Positions 1 through 10,000 of a stretch of 59,764 bases of DNA are shown here, piece by piece (positions within the stretch are counted from its first letter, which is position 1; each line of letters opens with the position of its first letter). Under the pieces are notes generated by a model, which searched no databases, was not told the DNA's origin, and saw only the letters and a program-made list of their open reading frames with translations. Location: the IMG/VR virus record IMGVR_UViG_3300017971_004765, positions 1 through 59,764 of that record; one strand, written 5' to 3'. This stretch comes from a virus (lineage: Duplodnaviria > Caudoviricetes). The position numbers were made by a program, and so were the translations under genes.

Positions 1-895
1 CTCTACCGCCAAATCCGCCATCGTATTGCTGGCAAGACATAACAAATGATCCGACGTTTGACGGAACATTTACCCCAGATTCTATGAGCGCATCTATAGC
101 GTGCCAAGTGCCCCGCATTGTGCTGCTCATTCCAGCATCGTAACCCCAGCCGCCATCTGAATTTTGTGAATTTAGTATATACTCTATTCCATAGTTTATA
201 ACGTCCTGATGTTCCCCTGGGGCTAGAACCTGTAATATTCGTATGGCGTGATGGGTTCTCCATATGCTGCTTCTCTGCTCAAAAAATCCTACTGATCTGT
301 TATGTACATCATCTACTTTCTCGAAAAGGGTTGTCCCGACGGGATCCCTCTCAAATCCGCCATCATCATTTTGGTTTGGCTCGAGTTGGGAAGATCCATA
401 CAATACTGCTTGGATTGTTTCCTCTATAGTGGGACTTGTCATTGGTTGTAATCCTAGTTCGTGGAGCCCCATAACTCTGAAGTAGTGGCTAGCCATAGTT
501 GGACCAGCAGAGGGCTCCATAGTGCTTCCAGATGTGCCGCCACCTATGCTATCCAGATATGATGCTTTCTCAGTATAAGTTATCCCGAGCGACTTAAGAG
601 CTATTACTGATAGATATGCCATTAAATGATTATCTCTCTCTGGAAAAGAATGTGCCTGTGGAGACCAGGATTTTATCTTTTCTACTATATTATCAGGTAG
701 CGTGGATCCTGTTTGGACTGCTGCCAGGGTGCCGAATCCGTCGTGGTAATATGTTGATAAGTCTGCTCCGTATGGTCCGTAGCCGCCGTCAGACTTAATT
801 GATGACAAAATAAAGTCGGCGGGGCTTTTACCAGTGGCTGGGTATATCGTTATATCTAGTGGGCGTGACCCAGAGGATAGCTTATACTGCGTCAA
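1..895 (-). CDS. Prenyltransferase/squalene-cyclase QW-repeat (alpha/alpha barrel) protein, 3' end runs off the window
   Basis: Not in the ORF track. Translated by hand from TTG at 895 after SD GAGGTG: MTQYKLSS...SIKSDGGYG...NQNDDGGF...LNSQNSDGGWG...SCQQYDGGFG, open to base 1. Confidence 0.75.
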   Translation of the reverse strand, partial: MTQYKLSSGSRPLDITIYPATGKSPADFILSSIKSDGGYGPYGADLSTYYHDGFGTLAAVQTGSTLPDNIVEKIKSWSPQAHSFPERDNHLMAYLSVIALKSLGITYTEKASYLDSIGGGTSGSTMEPSAGPTMASHYFRVMGLHELGLQPMTSPTIEETIQAVLYGSSQLEPNQNDDGGFERDPVGTTLFEKVDDVHNRSVGFFEQRSSIWRTHHAIRILQVLAPGEHQDVINYGIEYILNSQNSDGGWGYDAGMSSTMRGTWHAIDALIESGVNVPSNVGSFVMSCQQYDGGFGGR

Positions 896-897
896 TA

Positions 898-1523
898 CTA
901 CACCTCGAAGATGAAGTCTCCCCAGTTTATCATAACGGTGTGTATGCCTTCGTTTATACCAGCGCTTACCAGGGTATCCCAGGGTATGATTATACTGAAT
1001 TCCCCATTGTCGCCGCTTACCGTGGATCCAAGGACGTTGCTGTTATAAGTTACGTTTATGTCTACCCCGCTTAGGCGGGTCTCTTCGGCGGGCGGGTTCT
1101 GTGCATATATTATACCGACTATTGTGGCATCCTCGCCGTCGCTAATATAAACGTCTTGGGCGTAGGCGCCACCGCCTGCCTCAACTGGCGGCTCTATGGG
1201 CGGCGCTAACCTGTACCCGAGTCGCCAGGAAAGGCTGCGTAGTAGTCGAATGCCCCAGCGCTGTTGAACGTGTGTCCTATGCTAAAGCTGCCGTCGCTAA
1301 GGGTTAGGGTTTCCTTTACCTTAACGTCGTCTATGTAGAATTCAATTATTCTGTCGGGTAGTCCCTCAGAACTGTCAGGGTCTCTTAGAGTACCATTGAA
1401 AGTCCCAGCCAGCGGAGCATCCCCAGAAATGTTGAGCGGATCCAGCGTAAGAATTGGAAATTTGTGGGATTCACTCACCGTTGCTGTCCCGTGGGAACTG
1501 GTCACTGCGTCGTATATTACCAA
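898..1523 (-). CDS. Two-domain Ig-like protein split by a 1-bp frameshift at 1216-1218
   Basis: ORF 1206-1523 ends YAAFPGDSG. The -1 frame continues YRLAPPIEPP...LSGVDINVTYNSNVLGSTVSGDNGEFSIIIPW to TAG at 898 and has no early start codon of its own. Confidence 0.6.
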
Positions 1524-1525
1524 GT

Positions 1526-1795
1526 TTACTCACCAACTTTTAGCGTCAGAGCTGTGAACCAATCAACTGCTAGGTAACTGACAGATATTACTAGCAGGGC
1601 ATCATCCCCGCCAGAGATAGCCATCTTACCTACCAGGAACAGGAACAGTCCAACTATTGCACCTAGTGCTACTCTCCTTATCCACTCGTAGCTCTCTCCC
1701 CAGGCTTTCTGTGCCACGAGGCACCAAGCGGCGCCACCCAGCACTCCAACCAGGAGATTAACGAAGAGACCAATATAATCAAACATATTTACCAT
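1526..1795 (-). CDS. Small multi-TM membrane protein, holin-like
   Basis: 89 aa with three hydrophobic segments, downstream of the tail genes. Confidence 0.5.
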   Translation of the reverse strand: MVNMFDYIGLFVNLLVGVLGGAAWCLVAQKAWGESYEWIRRVALGAIVGLFLFLVGKMAISGGDDALLVISVSYLAVDWFTALTLKVGE

Positions 1796-1814
1796 ATCCT
1801 ATTTGTTTTCATTG

Positions 1815-1829
1815 CTTATAAATCTTTGC
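1815..1829 (-). promoter_or_regulatory. Archaeal BRE-TATA promoter
   Basis: GCAAAGATTTATAAG about 20 nt upstream of the ATG at 1795. Confidence 0.6.
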
Positions 1830-1832
1830 TTT

Positions 1833-2057
1833 TTAAAAAATAATATTAACTAATATAGTTACCAACAAAGAAACTATTCCCCCGATGCTAGCCATTTTTA
1901 TCTCCATATTGGTAACCCTGCTATTTATGGTTTTTATTTCTCCCTTTATTTCTACAAGATCTTTGTCTATATCCTCTAGCGCCTTGAGAGTATAGCCCCT
2001 CCACTCGGCTGTTTTGATCGTGAAATTGTTATTTTCAGGCATCGGTGACCTCCTCAC
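1833..2057 (-). CDS. Coiled-coil protein with C-terminal TM helix (lysis-module type)
   Basis: LEDIDKDLVEIKGEIKTINSRVTNMEI followed by hydrophobic IGGIVSLLVTILVNIIF. Confidence 0.55.
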   Translation of the reverse strand: MRRSPMPENNNFTIKTAEWRGYTLKALEDIDKDLVEIKGEIKTINSRVTNMEIKMASIGGIVSLLVTILVNIIF

Positions 2058-2451
2058 AAATGTTTATTGTGCCAGAAACACCATTGTATATTAGTGGTAT
2101 GACGGTTACGAAGAATGTTTTGTCGCTTACTGGAGACTTCTGTATGGATGTTAATATTCTTCTTGTTTCTATGGCTCTCTTGGAAGGATATATTGGAGGG
2201 GGATCTGATAGCTTCCACATCTTGTACCATTTGTCGCCTACTTCTATATTGGCGCCGCATTCAGACGCATGCACACTGGCTGCGTTATTCATAGAAACAA
2301 TGTTATCGTTATTATCTATAATAAATATAATTGATTGAATATTGTCGAATATTAACTCGAGAAGCTCTATTAGTTCTGTATGCTCGCCCAAAATTCGTAC
2401 CTGTATGGCTAACTCTGTGGTTAGCTCTTTAAGTCTAGAAAGATCTACCAT
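2035..2451 (-). CDS. Stand-alone PAS-domain protein
   Basis: IFDNIQSIIFIIDNNDNIVSMNNAA...FFVTVIPL...GTINICEEVT matches the PAS pattern; N-terminal coiled coil. Confidence 0.7.
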   Translation of the reverse strand: MVDLSRLKELTTELAIQVRILGEHTELIELLELIFDNIQSIIFIIDNNDNIVSMNNAASVHASECGANIEVGDKWYKMWKLSDPPPIYPSKRAIETRRILTSIQKSPVSDKTFFVTVIPLIYNGVSGTINICEEVTDA

Positions 2452-2487
2452 AGTATCCCTGTGGTATGATTTTGCTTGTTTCCTCGT

Positions 2488-2503
2488 CTTATAAAAGTTT
2501 CTC
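2488..2503 (-). promoter_or_regulatory. BRE-TATA promoter for the PAS/lysis unit
   Basis: GAGAAACTTTTATAAG in the intergenic gap. Confidence 0.6.
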
Positions 2504-2511
2504 TTTAATTT

Positions 2512-2937
2512 TTATTGGTGGACCCTGGTTAAGCGGATCCAAAAAGAGACGTGATCCACGTAGCCTGGGCGCATGTTGTAGTTATAGTCATCTACGCAAT
2601 ACCAGCCAGATACATCGTTGCCTGCTCCGCCGCCAGATGAAACATATCTTAACACGGAGCTGTCGGGGGAGTAGTCCTGCACGTTGTCTGCAGAGCCCCC
2701 AGGTATGACGAACTTGGCGTAGCGACCAGCCCACTTGAATTCGTCGGTGAGGGACTGTATGAAGTTGTAGGCGCCTGTTTCCCCTTTGGCATAGTCACCA
2801 GTAATATTTAGATAGTTAGTACCAACTCTTTTCGTGCGGGCGTTGTGCCCAATTGCGTTCTCAATATCGAATGTTCCTATTTTGAAGACCATAATTTCCT
2901 CTCCGGTAGGGGAATACCGATTTCTGGTGGAACCCAT
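2512..2937 (-). CDS. Hypothetical protein, probably a tail component (start may be nearer 2892)
   Basis: ORF in the tail operon, beta-rich. Confidence 0.45.
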   Translation of the reverse strand: MGSTRNRYSPTGEEIMVFKIGTFDIENAIGHNARTKRVGTNYLNITGDYAKGETGAYNFIQSLTDEFKWAGRYAKFVIPGGSADNVQDYSPDSSVLRYVSSGGGAGNDVSGWYCVDDYNYNMRPGYVDHVSFWIRLTRVHQ

Positions 2938-3137
2938 TCGTAATCGTATTCTATATAATTATCTTTATCCTTTGCTAATAAATCTATTGATGAACCAATA
3001 AATTTATTTAGTGTTGAGGAGCGAACCATAACTTGTACCCAATTATCTTCTCCTATACTCATAGAAACAGCAGAATTGGATAGGGTCTTGTATTTTTCCT
3101 TGTCGCTTATGAAGAACTCGAAAACTTTAAACTTCAT
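2877..3137 (-). CDS. Hypothetical protein
   Basis: ATGA-coupled ORF with SD GAGGTG. Confidence 0.5.
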   Translation of the reverse strand: MKFKVFEFFISDKEKYKTLSNSAVSMSIGEDNWVQVMVRSSTLNKFIGSSIDLLAKDKDNYIEYDYEWVPPEIGIPLPERKLWSSK

Positions 3138-3604
3138 GTTTCAAATGTCACCTCTAATACTCCAGGATCACCAGAATCTTCTTCTATGATAACGTTGTAT
3201 ACCCAGCAGTTCCTTAGCCAGCCGCTTGCATAGTTATCGTTAGCGTAGAATCTGAAGTTTATATTATCTTCTTCTGACCAGCCGCTTATTGTTTCTTTGT
3301 ATGTTACATATGCCCCTCCTGGTGTTCTTAATGTACCTACGGCTCCGCTGTTTCTCCATATTTGGAAATCACTTTGCGAGTCATCTGATTTACATTCCAT
3401 AGAAATTGTTAAATCAAATGTGCCAGTAATACCAACATTATTTATGTACATTGTTCTCATAGTGTACCAACCAGCACCAGGGGATGCCTCTACAAGCTCG
3501 TTTGTCCGCCGTATATCGTGTCCGGTTTCGTTGGCTTCGTCTCGCTCTGTAAACTCTACTCCTCCTCCGCCAGCACTAGCTGCCCTCCTAACGTAAACAA
3601 CCAT
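3134..3604 (-). CDS. Putative tail-tip/receptor-binding protein
   Basis: Gly-linker N-terminus and beta-sandwich-like composition, in the tail operon. Confidence 0.45.
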   Translation of the reverse strand: MVVYVRRAASAGGGGVEFTERDEANETGHDIRRTNELVEASPGAGWYTMRTMYINNVGITGTFDLTISMECKSDDSQSDFQIWRNSGAVGTLRTPGGAYVTYKETISGWSEEDNINFRFYANDNYASGWLRNCWVYNVIIEEDSGDPGVLEVTFET

Positions 3605-3609
3605 ATGTG

Positions 3610-4584
3610 TCAGTGCCTCCTCGCATATATACCATAGAAATTTCCCGTGGGGCTAGGAGTGGGCGGATTGGGGTCATAGTATCCCGAGTCCTCGAAAGAG
3701 AATATTGCCACTTGTTCCGAGGTATGGTTCCTTTCAGAGTCGTTTTGGTCTTCTAGCGACCAAACCTTGACGTTGGTTCCATCTGCAGTTTTAGAAAATG
3801 CATATCCTCCATCTCCACCATCCATAGCTTGCTGAAAAACTACGAAGACGGCAGGAGTGGTCGAAAGTGAATGCGCAATGTTGTATCCATCTGCAGAGTT
3901 TCCTAAACCTAGAATATTATCAGAGGATAACACTATTGTAACTTGAGTGCTATCATCGTCAGACATATCCATAGAAAAATTGGATGACTGCTCAACTATA
4001 ATGTAATCAATGGTTTCACCAGAACTGAAATCGCCTGTGGGAACCTCACAGTCAGTGAAGTGTATGTGGCAGGTTCCATCAGGGACGTATATCGGGTCTC
4101 CCTGAGTACCAGTTTCACAAACCCAAGTAGTCACCCAGCCTGCATTATTGTGACTTGTTCTAGAACAGAAGGCTACTGGTGTTCCAGAGAATTCTGGTAT
4201 AAGTGTAACGTTACCATCGGTGCTCCAGTTACTCTTACTATCTACATCTGTATCTTCTATCTGTCCGACCTGTACCTTTATTGATGTGTTGGGCAATGTA
4301 TAATCTGTTTCTTCGCCCGTATCCTCAGCAACTATGTAATGAATAGTGCATTCTTCTGGGTCAGTATTGGTTCCAGATTCGGTTACGACCCTGAAGCGAA
4401 CTTCGCATCCAGTAGTGGTAATATTCTTAATTTCGCCTTCTATGGTGTTTTCGGTTTGCCCCGTGTAATTATATTCTGTTGATATCACAACTCTTGGATT
4501 GGTATAGGTTTGGGCAAAGGTCTTGCTGGTCCAAGTTGTAGTTACCTCAGTCCAAGTGCCCCATTCAATTTTAAGGTTTGTCAT
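3610..4584 (-). CDS. Tail fibre-like protein with three H-type-lectin-like repeats
   Basis: Repeats TFAQTYTNPRVV / PEFSGTPVAF / HSLSTTPAVF, each ending ExIxYI or EQVAIF; EDQNDSERNHTSE motif. Confidence 0.55.
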   Translation of the reverse strand: MTNLKIEWGTWTEVTTTWTSKTFAQTYTNPRVVISTEYNYTGQTENTIEGEIKNITTTGCEVRFRVVTESGTNTDPEECTIHYIVAEDTGEETDYTLPNTSIKVQVGQIEDTDVDSKSNWSTDGNVTLIPEFSGTPVAFCSRTSHNNAGWVTTWVCETGTQGDPIYVPDGTCHIHFTDCEVPTGDFSSGETIDYIIVEQSSNFSMDMSDDDSTQVTIVLSSDNILGLGNSADGYNIAHSLSTTPAVFVVFQQAMDGGDGGYAFSKTADGTNVKVWSLEDQNDSERNHTSEQVAIFSFEDSGYYDPNPPTPSPTGNFYGIYARRH

Positions 4585-4599
4585 TGTTGCTCGTTCTCC

Positions 4600-5052
4600 T
4601 TATCGCCCCTTTACATAAAAGTCATATAGTTGTGTGACGCCCTTGGTTGTACCAGACACCTTTATCCTGAATGATATGGTGTGAGAAGATGGGCTGCTCC
4701 AGGTATTTATGGATGCTGCGGGGTCATCTTGGAAACCCACAAAAGAGAATCCGTTGCCTTTCACCTTGGTTGATGAGCCTGCCCAAGCACCATCTATGTA
4801 TACGCCAGCTATTACTGCCCCGTTGCCAGCCCCAACCCCAGATTGATATAGGGAGCACCCTATAGATATGCTGGAAACTGGGATACCGTACCCTGAGCCT
4901 GCTATTACATAATGTTCCTTGCAGGAGTCGCCAGCAGAATCGAAGCAGGTCCAATCAGTGGTGCCAGATGTCTCATCCCAGGCGTAGGGGATCCAGGCGT
5001 CTGTTCCGTACCAGTTTATTGGGTTATGATGATGTGGTGATTTTAGAGCCAT
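4600..5052 (-). CDS. Putative minor tail protein
   Basis: Position after the tail hub; beta-rich. Confidence 0.45.
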   Translation of the reverse strand: MALKSPHHHNPINWYGTDAWIPYAWDETSGTTDWTCFDSAGDSCKEHYVIAGSGYGIPVSSISIGCSLYQSGVGAGNGAVIAGVYIDGAWAGSSTKVKGNGFSFVGFQDDPAASINTWSSPSSHTISFRIKVSGTTKGVTQLYDFYVKGR

Positions 5053-5058
5053 AACTTA

Positions 5059-7089
5059 TCATCTGCTTTGTACATATCCTTCTATATATCCTTCCATTTC
5101 TCCTTGGCATTTGTCGCTAAACTCTGCCTTGAGATAGTGCCAAGTTCCAGATGTAACATATTCGGTGAATGATATATCTGTCATAGTTAGTGGTGAAGAA
5201 GTAGTTACGCTGCCTCGCCATATTTTTTGATAAGCCCCATCTGTTTTTTGCTTTATATATACAGTTACTGATAATCTATCGTATGTATCTTCGTATATAC
5301 CCGTTTCTATATTTATATTGGAAGCTGGCTGATTTATATCCCATATTTCCCAATAATAATCCCACGTACTATAAGAGTCATTCCTTGCGTTGGGATAGAA
5401 TATCCATGAAACGCCATCAGTTGGATCCCCAAGGGTTGAATTTCTGGGTATGTAATACATAAATGTATGCCAATTACTATGACCATCATCAATTATATGT
5501 CTTAATGGAGTAGTTCTTTCACTATCGTTTAAATATAAGTTATTAGCTCCTTGCTTCAAAGCAACGGTATATCCAGTGAAATCTGTTTCGTTTAATGTAT
5601 CGCAATCTACCCAAGAATGTGGTCTTAGGTGCATTTGGATTGCCCATCCGCAAGTTCCCTTACCACCAACGGCTCTAAATACTTCTCCATATCCGGTTTC
5701 TTCTTCCAAGACCATAACATTTTGTGGTTTATGCAATCCAAACCAAGGAGCGTTAGTAAAACTTTTAGTAATATAATTTCTCATTCCAGGATATACGTAA
5801 TAATTATTTATTCTATAGAAAGGAATAAAGTCACCAACTGATTCATAATTTTGGTATACCTTTATACCATTGCTCCTTATATTAATCTTTGCTTTATTTA
5901 TTTTTTTAACTTCTGGTGGTATATAAAATGGTATTATTAAAGGATAGTTTTGGTCACAATTTTCCGTTTTTGATATCTGCCATATATTAGTCGCCCCTTG
6001 CGGGTGCCGCGCGTTGTGCTCTACTTCTTGCCTAATGCCAGGATTCGTGCCAGCCATAGCTCGAGTTATGTTGCGCCCCTTTTCACCCAGGTCCATATTT
6101 ATTACTTCGCCGCCAGTATCCCACTTGTAAGACAGTTTCTTTACACGCATTTCCGTGTTGTGTAGTGCCAACCTGGGCCAGTCAACCAGAACCGTGTCGC
6201 CAAGACCAACTGTCCACTTTGGGTCATACGCTTCTGTTGTTTGGAGGGTTATTTGGTCTCTTGGCGAGTCGGTTGCGCTCAAACGATAGTTAGCTACATT
6301 TGTAGCATAATCCTGGTTATTTATGCTCCTATCATCGTATACTATTTCTCTTTCCCAGTAAGTTGTCTCAGCATCAGAGTTTACGGCGCTTGCTTTTATC
6401 TGGTTGAATCCTTCTCCTTCTCCTCTTACCCTTACACGGGTTGCTAGTTGCTCGTAATCAACTTCTCTGTAACCATCAGATATTACATTGTACCCATACT
6501 GCATAGTGAATGATGCTGTTTTATCGGTGCCAACTTCGCTCTTTAGCGTTATGGTGTTATCTGTTTCTACGTATGCCTCCCAGCCAGCAAAATTCTTTAC
6601 GGTATCCATTATTGCGCGCCACTTGTTTTCTGCGTAGAATAGACACGTTACATTTGGCGCGTCTGGTCCTGTCTCTCCTAATCTTATACCTGTACCATCG
6701 CATACTTGACTAACTACCTGATTTAGGGGAACAGATACATATGCTATATTGTCATTGGTATAGTACCTGGATATCTTAGCACCGCTGCCCCTACCAGATA
6801 CTTGTATAAGATCATTGTTTGCTCTGACTCTTTCCACTGGACCTATAAATTTTAGGTAAGAGTTCTCCTTGTTTACTATCCTGTTAAATTTGGCAGTTTT
6901 CTTTCCAGCAGAGTAACCCGTGCCGCTAAGAAAAATATTCCTATGGTAGTCATCATTTGGTACTGTAAATGCGAATCTTCCTGGTGACCAAAATTCATAC
7001 TCTACGTTGTTAAGCTGTATCAGGTCTACTTGAGAATTGGCGTCTGTATTACTTATGCTTACTACCCATTCCACTGATCCTTCTGGCAT
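5059..7089 (-). CDS. Tail hub/baseplate (Tal-like) protein with C-terminal extension
   Basis: Follows the tape measure; LATRVRVRGEGEG and VGLGDTVLV...MRVKKLSY motifs. Confidence 0.7.
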   Translation of the reverse strand: MPEGSVEWVVSISNTDANSQVDLIQLNNVEYEFWSPGRFAFTVPNDDYHRNIFLSGTGYSAGKKTAKFNRIVNKENSYLKFIGPVERVRANNDLIQVSGRGSGAKISRYYTNDNIAYVSVPLNQVVSQVCDGTGIRLGETGPDAPNVTCLFYAENKWRAIMDTVKNFAGWEAYVETDNTITLKSEVGTDKTASFTMQYGYNVISDGYREVDYEQLATRVRVRGEGEGFNQIKASAVNSDAETTYWEREIVYDDRSINNQDYATNVANYRLSATDSPRDQITLQTTEAYDPKWTVGLGDTVLVDWPRLALHNTEMRVKKLSYKWDTGGEVINMDLGEKGRNITRAMAGTNPGIRQEVEHNARHPQGATNIWQISKTENCDQNYPLIIPFYIPPEVKKINKAKINIRSNGIKVYQNYESVGDFIPFYRINNYYVYPGMRNYITKSFTNAPWFGLHKPQNVMVLEEETGYGEVFRAVGGKGTCGWAIQMHLRPHSWVDCDTLNETDFTGYTVALKQGANNLYLNDSERTTPLRHIIDDGHSNWHTFMYYIPRNSTLGDPTDGVSWIFYPNARNDSYSTWDYYWEIWDINQPASNINIETGIYEDTYDRLSVTVYIKQKTDGAYQKIWRGSVTTSSPLTMTDISFTEYVTSGTWHYLKAEFSDKCQGEMEGYIEGYVQSR

Positions 7090-10000
7090 TACGGAACACC
7101 ACTTTCTCCTTCCATTTCAGCTTCTATTGCTATCTGTTGTAGTGCTATCTCCAGGGCTGCGGCGGCTTCCTCAGGATTAGTCATATCCTCTGCCTGTATA
7201 ACTATTGCGCCCTCTTCCACTATTATTGTTGTGGTTACCCCGCTTCCGCTGAATGTTGGCATAGTGGTTGCTGTACCAGATGCAAGGGCATCAAAATATG
7301 ACTGCATATCTGGCGAAATACCGCCACCTATAACCATATTCGTAACCGTGCCGCTTGCCAAGTCGCCGTATAGCTGCCTCAGGAGGTCTGCTGTTTGTGC
7401 CTCGAGTTCGTTTACTGGCATTAGGAGCTTTTCGGCGTCAAATATTTGTTTGCCAGCCAGGGAGTTTATTATGTTTACCATTGTTACGAGTTCGTCTTCT
7501 ATGTCGCCCGTGGCGCCGCCAGCAGAGTCAACCATCTTCTGTAGCTGCCCGTCTACGCACTCGTATAGCTCCTCGAACTCGCCGCATACTCCTTGCTTTA
7601 TCACGCTGTATGTGCCGTCTGCCAGCTCTTCTATGGACTTGAAGTATATCTTGTTTATGTCGTTCCATTCCTCGCGGGTTATGCGGTCTATGCGCTCAAG
7701 TTCTGTTTCTATGTCGTCGCTTATCTTTTTGAGCTGGTGGTCCACACACTCGTATATCTCTTCCCAGGTGCCGCAGGCGCCCTTCTTGGTGACGATCCAC
7801 TGGTCATTTAGCTCCACTATATTGGTTATTGTGGTGGCGTTAAGGTTGCGCCACATCTCTGCCCACCCGTCTTCTATTTCCTCAGTGGTTCCGTAGAGTG
7901 CCGCATATAATTGGGCTTGCCACTTCCTGAATATGTCTAGGCTATTCTCTGCTGACTGCTCTGCAGTGGTGAATGGCCCAGGAGCAGCTAGGTGGGCGAA
8001 TTCGTCAGACATTGCTGATCCAGTTTCTAGGAACCTCTCGAGTTCCATTATGCCGCGCTCGTAGTAGTCGAGCCATATTTTTGCTTGCGCCTCGGTATAT
8101 GAACCCAGGATTAGAGTTCCTTCATCCATTGCGTCGTTAACGTTCCTGATTTCTTCTGCGAATCCAGCAAGAGTAGAAGCAAAATGATCAAAGAAAGATT
8201 TTGACATACCAGCTAATTCTATTGTGTTATCTAGTTTGTTATTAAATATTCCAAGAGGGGTATCTGCTCCAGGGATGACGGTAGCCATAACTTCCCATTG
8301 TCCCATCCAGTTTTTCTTAAGCATTTCTATTTGCCCCTCGGCGCTGAGACGCATAGCCTCGAAGCCCTGGTATGACCCCGTGATGCTATATTTCTCTATT
8401 AGGGCTTGCTTCTCTTTTTCTTCTTTTTCCTTTATATCTATCATTTTTTGTGCGTATTGTTCAGCTGTGAGGAGTATTTTTTCTCCAGCTACTGTATAGC
8501 ACTGATATGTTTCGGTGAATGATTCACAAGCATTCTCTTTGGTTACGTCCCATACACCAGACATTCGTTCTGTAACATTGGTAATTTCTTCAGACATAAG
8601 TTCTCCAAATTTTTCTGCGGCGCGCTTAGTCTTTTTTATCGCATAACCAGAATCAGTACATTCCCACATTTCGCTAGTAGTAGCTTCACATATTTCCAAA
8701 CCAAGCTCTTCTGCGGCTTTTCTAGCTTCTTCGCTAGCACCATATATTACTTCTACTAATCCACCGCCTAAGTCAATTACATCACTTATTTCCCTTGCTT
8801 GTAGAGATGAAAACAAGTCTTCCAAAGTTGGTTTAGTTGCTTCTACAAAATTTCTTATCCTTTCTTCTGTTAATTCTATGGTTGAGTCAGCTTGCTCAAA
8901 GAAGTCTCTTAATATCTTAGTATCAAATAGATGCTTCCAATCACCTATGAATTCCTCTACATCTAATCCCCACTTAGTTGTTGATAATCTTGCTGCCTCT
9001 ATACCGCCAAATATATCGTTGAGGTGAGAAGCAAGGTCGAATCCTTCTGTACCAACTAGAGCCATAGCGTCTTTTAATTGTTGCATAGTAATTGTGCCGC
9101 TTCTGAATAATTCAATTAGTCTTTGCCCCTCGACACTAGACATTCTTGTCTGTTCGGCATAATTAGCTTGTCCTGAGGACATATCAGATAGTTCGTCCTC
9201 TAGTTCCACAGCAGCATTATAGACATTATTTAGTGCTTTACTGAATTCTTTATGAGCAGTAGTATTTATATCAACCAGGGAAGTCCAGTTCGGGTATAAC
9301 TCGCTTATCGTCTTATTTAAATATTCTGCGTTAGTCTTCATATCTTCGTATCTTTGTCTGGCAGTGCTTGTCTGGTAATGCAACTTTTCCATTTTTGCTT
9401 CTTCGTCTTCCATAGCAAATATTAGTTCTTTCTTTGACTTGGTTAGTTTCTGTTCTGCTTCAGCCATTTTTTCTAAGTTCAAAATAAACGACTTGAATAC
9501 TTCTCCTCCCCAGGCGCCATCTATGAGATCATCGAACCAGTCAGTCATCTCTTCTACGGTCATATTTGTTTCTTTCATTATATCGTTGAGAACATCAGTG
9601 GCATTGGCGCCATCCATTATTTGCCTGAACCATTCCATATGTTTATCGGTTAAACTACCTATGCTAAATCCAAAGAGTTTTGAGGCTCCAGTAACCTCTT
9701 CTACACTGGCATCAAGTTTATCCATAGAACTCTTTATTATATCTACGCTTATTCCTGTTTGTTCGCTAGCTATAATTATACTACTAGCAAGAGAATTTAC
9801 ATCTGTAGTTGTTCCTTTATATTCTTCTTTTAGTTGTTCTAATATTTTTTGCTGACTTAGATATGCCTTGCTGCTTTCAGATACTGCGCCAACCAATTCT
9901 TCTTCTTGTCTCTTTAATTCTTCTATTTCTAATTTTAGCCCCCTAGCCATAGTATAATCATAAAGGGAACCTCTGCTGAGCATTTTCTCTCTTTTTTCTT

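Noticed and set aside
1206-1208. Amber read-through or recoded genetic code
   Set aside because: The continuation is in a different frame, and TAG ends other genes normally
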